Shown here one piece after another: positions 52,369-64,000 of a stretch of 64,000 nt of DNA. The stretch lies in assembly GCF_009914755.1 (NCBI RefSeq), contig NC_060935.1, one strand, 5' to 3'. Numbering within the stretch: position 1 is the first letter of the stretch; each line of letters starts with the position of its first letter. The stretch is from the human T2T-CHM13v2.0 reference genome, Homo sapiens. A program made the position numbers and the translations under genes. The notes below the pieces were generated by a model. The model saw only the letters and a program-made list of their open reading frames with translations. It made no database searches and was not told where the DNA came from.

Positions 52369-54064
52369 GCCTATATACATACTGAAGTACCCACCATGCT
52401 TGAAAAAATCCCTACCCCTTACCTCGGTCATGCTGTGGCCTTATTTTCCCCCTTCCCTTCTCTGCTAAACATGTTGGAAGAGCATTCCACAGTCTTACTG
52501 TCTAGATCTTTTTGAGATAGGGTCTTGCTCTATTACCCAGGCCAGACTAGAGTATAGTGGTATGATCACAGCTCACTGCAACCTCTACCATCTGGGCTCA
52601 AACGATGCTCTCACCTCAGCCTCCCCAAGTAGCTGGGACCACAGGTACATGCCACCGTGCCTGGCTTTTTTTCTTTTTTAATTTTTGCAGAGATGGGATC
52701 TTGCTGTGTTGCTCAGGCTGATCTCAAACTCCTGGCCTCAAAGGATCCTCCCATCTCTGCCTCCCAAAGTGCTGGGATTATTAGGCATGAGCTACCATGC
52801 TTGGCCTTTGTATTTTCAATATGGTAGTAATTGGCTCATGTCTTCACTGTCCTTCTTACCAAGGTCATCAGTTACCTCATTAGTGCTTTTAGAAGTTCAT
52901 TTCTGGCAAGGTGCAGTGGCTCATGCCTGTACCATCCCAACACTTTGGGAGGCCAAAGTGGGAAGATGGCTTGAGACGAACCTGGACAACAGAGCCAGAC
53001 CCCGTCTCTACAAAAAAAAAAGTTCATTTTCAAGCTTTCTTACTTGATCTTACAGCATTTGCATCTTGAACACTGCTAGTTACTGAATTTGTTTCATTCC
53101 CTGGCTTCAAAGACACTATTCTCTCTTGGTGTCACTCCTCTCTCTCTCAGCTTTGTCTCATTCTCTGGTTCTCTGCCTGCACATCCCATGATTTCATCTC
53201 ATAGTATGTATACTCTCCCTGGGTGATGTCATCTGCTTCCCTGGCTTTGACACTGTCTGCATGTGGATGCTTCAGACTGTCTCCAGCCCAGGTTTCTCTT
53301 CTAAAGTCAACATGTATTTCCAGCTACTTGAACATATCATCTATCACTTGCTCCAGTTAATTCTATCTTAGTCGCCCAGGTTAGCAACCTTGATGTAATT
53401 CCCTATTGCGCCCCTGCCCACACCACACTTGATTCCACTTCTGTCTTTTCTCCAGAAGCTGGCCTTTGTTTACCTCTGCTTCTCCTGTGTTCACTGAACA
53501 CACACACTCTGTAACATGCTTATACCATGATGCACGTTTACTAACTGCTGGGTTACTTCTGGCTTACTTTTTTTTTTTTTTTTAATTTTTTCTTTTGCAT
53601 GCTTCTCTATTCTGGGCTGGCCTACATTTTTGAAGTGGATTACCTAAATGTACAGAGTGGTTAAGCCGTGGTCAGTAAGATTATGTTTGCTTTTGGCATT
53701 TTTGAACCATTGAGCTAACCTCAAGTTTTCTCTTAATTGAGCTTATAATTCAGTGCCTGAGCCCCAAGACCCCAGAAGGTTTGAATGGAGTATTTCTCTT
53801 TAGCCTGTGGCTGAGTGATCACTCTAAATCTAAAACATAAAAGCAGGGCAAAGACTTTTATCATTTTTAAATTCCTCACACTTTCTAGTACAATTCTACA
53901 CTTAATTATGGACCCACTATTTATGAAATTGAGTTGATAGGTTTGGGAATCATTGTTGAATAGACCACATCATCTTCTAAAGTAGAGGAACATATAATGA
54001 GTCTGAAGGCATTCTCTGGGCAAGTAGGACTAATGTCTTACACTTAAGAACTTAAGAACTTCCT

Positions 54065-54365
54065 AGCCTGGTGTGGTGGCTCACACCTGTGATCCCTGCA
54101 CTTCGGAGGCCGAAGTGGGAGACTCACTTGAGCCGAGGAGTTTGAGCTGACATGGTGAAAACCCATCTCTACAAAAAATACAAAAAGTAGCCAGGTGTGT
54201 TGGCATGCGCCTGTAGTCCCAGCTACTCAAAGGCTGAGGTGGGAGGATCACTTGGGCGGGAGAGGTTGAGGCTGCAGAGAGCAGTGATCGCGCCACTGCA
54301 CTCCTGCCTGGGTGACAGAGTGAGACCCTTTCTCAAAAAAAAAAAAAAAAAAAAAAAAAAACAAA
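54065..54365 (+). mobile_element. AluJ
   Basis: Dimer with long poly(A). Confidence 0.85.
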
Positions 54366-54428
54366 CTTTCTAAAATACCCTCTTGGATCTTTGTTTTTGT
54401 TTTTGTTTTGTTTTGTTCTAAGAGATCC

Positions 54429-55505
<1,077 letters not shown>

Positions 55506-56440
55506 ATCCCAGGATAAATCATATGAAGGTTTTTAGGAACACTCTACTGTTGTCTTTTGCATCTTTCTGTTTATATCGTAATCATTTTCTTATTCTGATA
55601 CAGAGCGTACAAACATTTCTGTGTGCCCACTGAAGAAGCTCTGTTGACACTTTGTACCTGTCTCAGGATTTCAGTGAAGGAAGTGTCTTAGCTATGTGCA
55701 TCCCTCCAGGATGAGTATTAGTTTTCTAGAGTTGCTGTAACAAAGTACCACAGATTGAGTGGCCTAAAACAACAGATTGATTGTTTCACAATTCTAGAGG
55801 CTGGAAGTCCGAAATCGAGGTGTTGCCGGGACCATACTGCGCTGTCTCTCTCTCTCTCTCAAGATTCCAGGGAAGGGCCCTTTCTTGCCCTTTTCTGGCT
55901 TCTGGGGGTTGCTAGCATCTGTGGCATTCCGTAACTCATTGCTGCAGTGCGCCAGTTCCTACCTCCACTTTCCTGAGGCCATCTTTTTGTCCATCTTCTT
56001 ATAAGTACACCACCAGTCATATTGGATTTATGGCCAGTGTACACCAGTGTGACCTCATCTTAACTAATCACACCTTCAAAGACCCTGTTTCCAAACAAGG
56101 TTCCATTCTGACGTTTTGGTGGATGTGAATCTGGGGGGAACACTTCAACCCAGTACAGTCAATCCTCTAGCCCCATAAAATTCACATTCATCCCACATGC
56201 AAAATACACTCGCCTTATCCCAACATCCTCAAAAATCCTGTTTCAGCATTAACTATAAATCCAAAATCTCTAAGTATAGTCAACTCAAAACATTGCGAAT
56301 CTCATTATCTAAATCATGCAAACCAGGTATCACTGAGACTCTAGGTATGATATGATACATTCTAGGGCAAAATTCCTCTCCTAACTGTGGACATGTGAAA
56401 CTAGGAAACAAGTTATCTGCTTCCAAAATACAACAGTGGG

Positions 56441-56778
56441 TGCAATGGTTTGAATGTGTCCCCTCCAAAATTCATGTTGAAACTTGTTGTGGTATTAGGA
56501 GGTGGGCCCCTTAGGAAATGAGGCCACGAGGGCTCTGCCCTCATGGATGGATTGGTGCCTTACAAAAGGGCTGGAAGGAACCGCTTAGGTGCCCTTTTGC
56601 CCATCTGCTCTTCTGCTACATGAGGATGTAGCAAGAAGGCCCTCACCAGACATGTAATGCTGGCACCTTGATCATGGACTTCCAAGCCTCCAGAACTGTG
56701 AGTAGTAAATTTCTATTACTTATAAATTACCCAGTAATAATCAGATGTCTGTTACAGCAGCACAAAGGGACTGCGATG
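56441..56778 (+). mobile_element. MST-type MaLR solo LTR
   Basis: tgcaatggtttgaatgtgtcccctccaaaattcatgttgaaact...cagaactgtgag...ataaattacccagt. Confidence 0.8.
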
Positions 56779-57353
56779 AGGCAAGCACAGGACAGACATT
56801 TCCATTATGAAAGAATTTGCAAGGAATTAAAGGGGTCACTGTCTCACACAGGTTTTAACACAAAAGGGAAAACTACATTCATTTTCAAGGCCTTAATGAC
56901 CCTTTGACTCGATCCAGCCTCTGGGCCCAGGGGGTGCAGTTGGCCTGGGCCTCTGGACCTATAGCTTCGTCCTCTCTGGCCTCTGTATCCATGGCTCTGC
57001 CCTGGGAGTCAGTCATTTTCCCTTCAATTTGTTCTGTCTATGTCCCTTTCTATCCAGGCTGGGAGTATTTCTGCTGGTATAAAATTCTCAAAAATCTTGT
57101 CAGTTTTCTGTTGATGTCACGGGGATGCACACCATTAGAACTCTCAAGTTCTCCACGGATCTTTCCTGGATAACCCCAACTCTATTCCTGGCTTCGCTGA
57201 CACGGTTGAGTGGATCCATGAGTCACACAACTCTCTTTAGCAAATTATTGTCCAGACACACTCTTCAGGCCAGAACTTCTCCTCCTTGGCAGTATAGTTA
57301 GGCTGAGAATTTTCCAAATCATCAAGTCCTGGTTCCTTTTTGCTTAACAATTC

Positions 57354-57822
57354 TGAGGCAGGAGAATAGGGAATTCAGGCCATCAAGGGTTAAGGCAGAA
57401 ACAAAAGAACAGCAGGTGCAGCCAGGTCTAGGCAAAACTGGGCAGCACACAGGCCACATCCTTGCTCCTGTGATAATGAGACAGAAGTTTCCACATCAGC
57501 CTCCGATTGTGTGCCAAGCCTCCACGTCAGCCTCTGGTCACAGGCCAATCCTTCATGGGCTGTGGCCAATTGGAGTCCTCTAAAGGGCACTGAGGGGAGT
57601 TGCTTGGTTCCTTTAGCTTAATAAAAACCCCAGTTGAAGAGGCTCTTGAACCACTTGCTCAAGCCTGCTCCCACCCTGTGAATTGTACTTCGGCTTCTTC
57701 AATAAATCTGTGCCTTCATTAGCCCGTTCTTTTGTTGCTTTGTTAGTGCGTTTTGTTCAATTTTTTGTTCAATACACCAAGAACTTGGACAACTCACAGT
57801 TAAGACATTCCATCCAGTAACA
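57354..57822 (+). mobile_element. ERV1-class solo LTR
   Basis: TGAGGCAGG...GTAACA with exact TSD attc; two CCAAT boxes, TATA-like ttaataaaaa at 57618, AATAAA at 57701. Confidence 0.82.
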
Positions 57823-58104
57823 ATTCCTACCTCAATTTACCTCCTTCCACTTGCATTTTAATGTAAGCAGGCTGTTTTCCAACTCCTGGCTTCAAGTCAT
57901 CCTCCTGCCTTGGCCTCCCAAAGTGCTGGGATTACAGGTATGAGCCACCATGCCTGGCCCCGGCTAATTTTTAAATTTTTTTCATAGAGATGGGGGTCTC
58001 ACTGTGTTGCCCAAGCTGGTATCAAACCCTTGGCCTCAAGTTATCCTCCTGCCTTGGCCTCCTAAAGTGCTGGGATTACAGGCCTGAGCCACCACACCTG
58101 GCCC

Positions 58105-58680
58105 CTAAGAGATATATTAGAGTCTTAACTCGAAGTACCTATGAATGTGACTATTTGGAAATAGAGAACTTGCAGGTGTAATCAAATTAAGATGAGGTCA
58201 TAATTGGATTTGGATGGGCCCTAAATCCAATGACCAGTGTCCTTATAGCAAGAGTGGAGAAAAAGCCACACACAGGGGAGAAGACAGGGGTTGGACTGAT
58301 GCCTCTACAAAGCCAGGAATACCAAGGATTTCCAACAACCACCACGATCTTGGAGAGAGGCATGGAACAGACTCTCCGTTAGAACCCACAGAAAGAACCA
58401 ATCCTGCCAACACCTGGATCTTGGACTCCAGCCTCCAGAACTGTAAGAAAATACATTTCTTTTGTTTTAAGCCACCCAGTTGGTGGTAATTTGCTGCTGC
58501 AATCTTAGGAAACAAATACAGATTTTGGTACTGAAAAGTGGGGTGCTGCCATATTAATATACACAAACATGGAAGTGCCTTTATTAATAGATTGGGGTGA
58601 TGGGCAGAGGAAGAAGTTTGAGGCACATGATAGACTAAGCCTAGATTGCCTTGAAGAGAAAGTGGGTGGAAATGTGAGTG
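58105..58680 (+). mobile_element. MLT1 (MaLR) LTR (to 58520) plus start of internal region
   Basis: gaatgtgac.atttggaaatag...ttaagatgaggtca...cctccagaactgtaaga...aaacaaataca|gattttggta. Confidence 0.82.
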
Positions 58681-58798
58681 CCCCATCTCTACAAAAAATA
58701 AAAATTAGGTGGGCATGGTGACACACGTGTAGTCTTAGCTACTTGGAAGGCTGAGGCAGGAGGATTACTTGAGCTTAGGAGGCTGCAGTGAGTTATGA

Positions 58799-59147
<349 letters not shown>

Positions 59148-59493
59148 CAGAGACCCTGTCCCTTAAACAAACATATCTTTTGGAAGGACACTGTTTAACG
59201 TAGTACAACGAGTTATTCCAGTAGTCTAAGTTTGACAGAAGTTGTTCGTTGTAGAAGAACTTACTTGGAAATGAATATCAAACATCTTTGTATTATAAAT
59301 ATAATACCCACAAGTTTTTCTTAAATGTTTTTAATTTTCCACTAGTTTCCTGCTGTGAAAATATTGCTCTAATATTCCTAAAACTAACTTCTACTTCTAG
59401 AAAGCCACTCTGGGTCTCATGGACATTTCAGAGGGCTTTATTTTATCAATATTTTAATAATACTTTGCAAGACCTAAGTCTCCACTTACAAGT

Positions 59494-59512
59494 TTGCCAC
59501 TAGATGGAGGTA
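59494..59512 (+). promoter_or_regulatory. Candidate CTCF site
   Basis: TTGCCACTAGATGGAGGTA resembles the CTCF core CCACYAGRKGGC in non-repetitive DNA. Confidence 0.5.
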
Positions 59513-59915
59513 TTGACTAGATCTCCTTGACAAATGTAATAAATCCCAGATAAACCACTTTTTGAGTAGCTCTTCATTAATACATCTGTCCAGACACTAT
59601 TGCCTGCTATGACAGGAATGATAATCCAAAGCCACAAATTCAGATATGCAAAAAATGTTTTTAAATTTTTTCTTTGGCCAGGTGTGGTGGCTCACACCTG
59701 TAATCCCAGCACTTTGGGAGACTGAGGGAGGATTGCTTGGGCCCAGGAGTTGGAGACCAGCCTGGGCAACATAGTGAGAACCTGTGTCTACCAAAATACT
59801 AGTACTAATAATAATAAATTTTAAAATACAAACAAAAATAATTCTCTCTTAATTGTATTTAATTTTCATTCCAACACTCCATTTCTATTTCACAGAAGAA
59901 ATGTTAATCTAGTCA

Positions 59916-60208
59916 CTTTCTTTTTTTTTTTTGAGACGGAGTCTCGCTCTGTCACCCAGGCTGTAGTGCAGTGACACGATCTTGGCTCACTGCAAGCTCC
60001 GCTTCCTGGGTTCACGCCACTGTCCTACCTCAGCCTCCCAGGTAGCTGGGACTACAGGTGCCCCCCTCCATGCCCAGCTAATTTTTTGTATTTTTAGTAG
60101 AGACAGGGTTTCACCGTGTTAGGATGGTCTCGATCTCCTGACCTTGTGATCCGCCTGCCTTGGCCTCCTAAAGTGCTGGGATTACAGGCGTGAGCCACCG
60201 CGCCCGGC
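59916..60208 (-). mobile_element. AluY-like
   Basis: Full antisense dimer. Confidence 0.88.
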
Positions 60209-60684
60209 CAAGTCCTAGATTCTTAAATGAAATTATTAGCTACATTTTTGCCTGGTGCTCATATTGGTGATAAAGCTACTCTTATTTTTTTGAAGTTTAG
60301 TTTTAAAGAGCAGCTTGCCTGCTGTAGCTCCAGAAATAAATGTACTATTCTTCTCCCCTCAATGCTCCTAAATGTCTCTGAACTTCTCTAGAAGCTGTCC
60401 TGATGAACATAGTGGCACTTTTTCCTGGTAGTGCCTCTGATGGCAGAATTGTCCAATTACAGCTGACTTCTATGTTCCTAGTTAGGTTTCTCCTAGGGCA
60501 GGTGTCTCCTAAGACACAACTAGTGTAGTGAGTGCCTAGAAGCCTAGACCTAGCAACCAGACTGCCTAGATTCCAATTGCAACTGTGTCACTAACTACTA
60601 GCTTTGTGCCCTTGGACAAACTTCTGGAAAATGTGGATAATGCTACTCCCTAATTCAGTGGATTTTTGGGAGAATTAAAATTAA

Positions 60685-61042
<358 letters not shown>

Positions 61043-61181
61043 TAACCAGTCATCTTTTACTGTGTGATACCCTAGTCATCAGCTTTGGCCTCTCACAACT
61101 GGTAATCTCTATGAGGCCAGACCTTTAGTTTTCTGAGTCATTTCTTTAACAATTCAACTTTTTCAGTTAGAAATATCTGTT

Positions 61182-61182
<1 letters not shown>

Positions 61183-61218
<36 letters not shown>
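61183..61218. repeat. Compound (CT)n(CA)n microsatellite
   Basis: ctctctct...cacacaca. Confidence 0.9.
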
Positions 61219-61471
61219 AAGTTTAAACACTGACATACAATGTAATGACTTCCTTTCAATAATTCTCGAAGCAGCCCAGTATGAAAAATATTTGTCTTTG
61301 GCCTCTGGTAGAAGGGAAAGGTGTGAGTGTGACATTCCAAGGAAGGAGGTAGGCCTTGGTGAGCTGTTGAATAGAGAGGTTCTTCGGTGCAGGAATCACA
61401 GGGGACTTTAAGGGACAAACCTGGAGTGATGGGGAAATTAAAGACAGGGTGCTATATTAAAAAATTACCCT

Positions 61472-62753
61472 GGCCGCGTGCAGTGGCTCACGCCTGTAAT
61501 CCCAGTACTTTGGGAGGCCTAGTGGGGGCGGATTGCGTGAGCTCAGGAGTTTGAGACCAGCCTCTGGGCAACATGGTGAAAACCCGTCTCTACTAAAATA
61601 CAAAAGATTAGCCAGGCTTGGCAGCGTGCGCCTGTAATCCCAGCTACTCGTGAGGCTGAGGCGAACTCAGGAGGCAGAGGTTGCAGTGAGTCAAGATTGC
61701 GCCTGGGTGACAAGTGCGAGACTGTCTCAAAAAAAAAAATTACCCCCAAACAGACCTATTTAGGTGGCTTATGCCTATAATATCTGTGCTTTGGGAGGCC
61801 AAGGCCAGAAGATCTCTTAAGGCCAGGAGTTTGAGACCAGCCTGGGCAACATAGCAAGACCCCTTCTCTATATAAAATAAAAATTAAAAAAATTAGCATG
61901 GTGGAGCATGCCTGTAGTCCTAGCTACGTAGCTACTTGGGAAGCAGAGACAGGAGGATCCCCTAGCTACTTGGGAGGCAGAGACAGGAGGATCCCCTGAG
62001 ACCAGGAGTTTGAGGCTGCAGTGAGATATGATTGCACCACTGTACTCCAGACTGGGTGACAAGAGCGAGACCCTATCTTAAAAAAAAAAAATACTCCAAA
62101 ACATAATGGCCTAAAATAACAACCATTTGTTTTCTCTCGTTTCTGTGGACCATGAATTCAGACAGCATGGTGGGTATGGCTTGTCTCTGCTCCATGATGT
62201 CTGGGGTCTCAGCTGGAGTGGTTGAAGGTTGGGGACTGGAATCACCTGAGGCCTTTTTACCCATATTTGTATCTGGACTGAGCCTGGAATTTGATTGCTT
62301 CAAAATATTTTCACGGCTGGGTGTGATGGCTCACGCCTGTAATCCCAGCACTTTGAGAGGCTGAGTCTGGCCGTCTGCTTGAGCCCAGGAGTCAGCAACC
62401 AGCCTAGGCAACATAGGGAGACCTAGTCTCTACGAAAAAAAAAAAATACAACAATTTGCTGGGCGTGGTCGCCTGCGCCTGTAATCCCAGCACTTTGGGA
62501 GGCCGAGGAGGGAGGCTCACTTGAGTCCAGGAGTTCAAGACCAGTCTGGCCAACATGGTGAAACCCCGTCTCCACAAAAAATACAAAAATTATCTGGTTG
62601 TGGAGGCTTTCGCCTGTAGTCTCAGCTACTGGGATGGCTGGGGAGGGAGGATCGCTTGAGCCCTGATGGTCGAGATTACAGTGAGCTGTGGTCACGTCAC
62701 TGCACTCCAGCTTGGGTGACAGAGTGAGACCTTGTCTCAAAAAAAAAAAAAAA
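61472..62753 (+). mobile_element. Alu cluster upstream of ACAT1 (61472-61740, ~61760-62092, three-monomer 62315-62753) with an antisense MLT fragment at ~62095-62300
   Basis: Sense Alu sequences with poly(A) tails. Confidence 0.82.
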
Positions 62754-62839
62754 ATCCTAAAATATTTTCATGAGTTTGTGCTGGGTAGGCCTAAGGGAAA
62801 CATGCTCAGTAAATCGAAAAATCTCGGATTACACATAAA

Positions 62840-63560
62840 CCACCGGCCCCGGCAGGTTAGACTTGGTGGACACGGGAGCCAGCAGCGTGTCAGGTGCTCG
62901 TTGACCCCAGCGCCAGTGTCTCCATCCACGTCCTTCACTCGTCAACCTTTCCTGGCCCAGGCTGCGGTGTCCCAGCGCCAGGCTCCGCCCCGCCCTTGGC
63001 TGCCGGCCAATCGCCGCCGACTGAGAGGCGACTATTGGAGGAAGCGGGATGGGCGGTGCCCGCGCCGGGCCGCTAGGGGTGCGGGGTTGGGGAGGAGGCC
63101 GCTAGTCTACGCCTGTGGAGCCGATACTCAGCCCTCTGCGACCATGGCTGTGCTGGCGGCACTTCTGCGCAGCGGCGCCCGCAGCCGCAGCCCCCTGCTC
63201 CGGAGGCTGGTGCAGGTGAGCGGGGTTCGTCCCCACAGCACTCAGACCCGGGATGCGAGGAGTCCCCGCCTCGGAAGCTTCCAGCCCGCGGCCGTTGCGG
63301 CTCCCGCGGCCCGGGCGCGCGGCTTAGGCCCCAGGACAGTCACGCGACGGGTTCTGGTCCAAAAACCGCCTAAGTGCTCCGATAACACCCAGGGACTCGC
63401 CTATTTTTACAGCGCGTTTCTACTTCCAAGGTCTCGGCGTAATCATCTTAATGAGCGTTACTGGTGTGTCAAACAAGGGCACGTGTCTGGGCGGGCAGGA
63501 CCGCCAGGATTGGCGCTGGCCCGGCCTGAGCGGTGGGATCGGGGAGAGTCTCTTTGCAGG
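62840..63560. promoter_or_regulatory. ACAT1: CpG-island promoter of ACAT1 (TATA-less): GC boxes 62985-62995 and 63051-63056, CCAAT 63007-63011, inverted CCAAT 63034-63038
   Basis: Abrupt GC- and CpG-rich segment around the ATG; Sp1 and NF-Y motifs seen directly. Confidence 0.9.
63144..63215 (+). CDS. ACAT1: Mitochondrial acetoacetyl-CoA thiolase (T2) exon 1, MAVLAALLRSGARSRSPLLRRLVQ (transit peptide); gene continues past the window
   Basis: Strong Kozak gcgaccATGG; Arg/Leu/Ser/Ala-rich, acid-free peptide recognised as the ACAT1 N-terminus; CAG|gtgagc donor. Confidence 0.95.
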
Positions 63561-64000
63561 CCTGTGCAGCTGCTCCCGAGATTTTCTTTAAAACATATTT
63601 GTGTGCGTTATTGTCAGGAGAGGTTCCTTTTCTTTTTTAATACAATAGATAATCATTGGGCATACAAGGGGAGAGGGCACCATGTGATCATAACAGATGT
63701 TTTTTGGAGCAGCCTGAAATTTATCAGGGAAAACAAATGACTACTCAGATAATACAATAAATTATACTTGACATATGAGCAAAGCTCACATACTGAGGGC
63801 GTTCCAAGGGCTGTCGCTCTTCTGACCGTTGTGTTTAGGGAACACAGCAGGGGCAGAGTCTCAAAGAATTTATTCTCCACATGCGTAAGCAAGGGAGTAC
63901 GCACCACAGATTGTCAGGCAAAGCCTCAGGAATAGGTAGAGACCTTCAGGGTGTGGTTGGTGAAGCTTGAGTTTTCTAGGTCGATGGGGGCAATAAGCTT

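Larger units (their letters stand above)
55714..57870 (-). mobile_element. MLT1 (MaLR) LTR 55714-56155 plus internal sequence, hosting two younger LTRs
   Basis: tattagtttt..gttgctgtaacaaagtaccaca...aacccagtaca LTR, then MaLR-internal-like sequence. Confidence 0.75.

Noticed and set aside
55714-58680. Single MLT1 provirus whose 5' LTR was inverted between Alus
   Set aside because: The two LTRs differ in their 5' variant sequence, so independent insertions are more likely; alignment needed

Overview
Primate genomic DNA, human or a closely related hominoid; in human this gene order is at 11q22.3. The window holds the 3' half of CUL5 (cullin-5) on the + strand. It starts inside an intron and contains 12 GT-AG coding exons (numbered 8-19 by the known gene structure, about L261-A780, including the K724 neddylation site), followed by a ~3.4 kb Alu-free 3'UTR ending near 48.78 kb. 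A ~14 kb intergenic region follows, with a nested stack of ERV1 and MaLR LTRs and a CTCF-like motif. The window ends with the CpG-island promoter and first coding exon (mitochondrial targeting peptide) of ACAT1. Introns are filled with roughly 65 Alu copies, L1/L2/MIR fragments, hAT MERs, a THE1-type LTR and a Y3 RNA retrocopy. Almost all ORFs in the supplied track are Alu or L1 translation artefacts. I found no new multi-gene system. The best leads are regulatory or isoform hypotheses: an LTR-derived alternative ACAT1 first exon, cryptic exons or poly(A) sites that would truncate or re-tail CUL5, and RNA structures. Exon boundaries were checked base by base against the reading frame. Repeat boundaries and subfamily names are approximate and read by eye.
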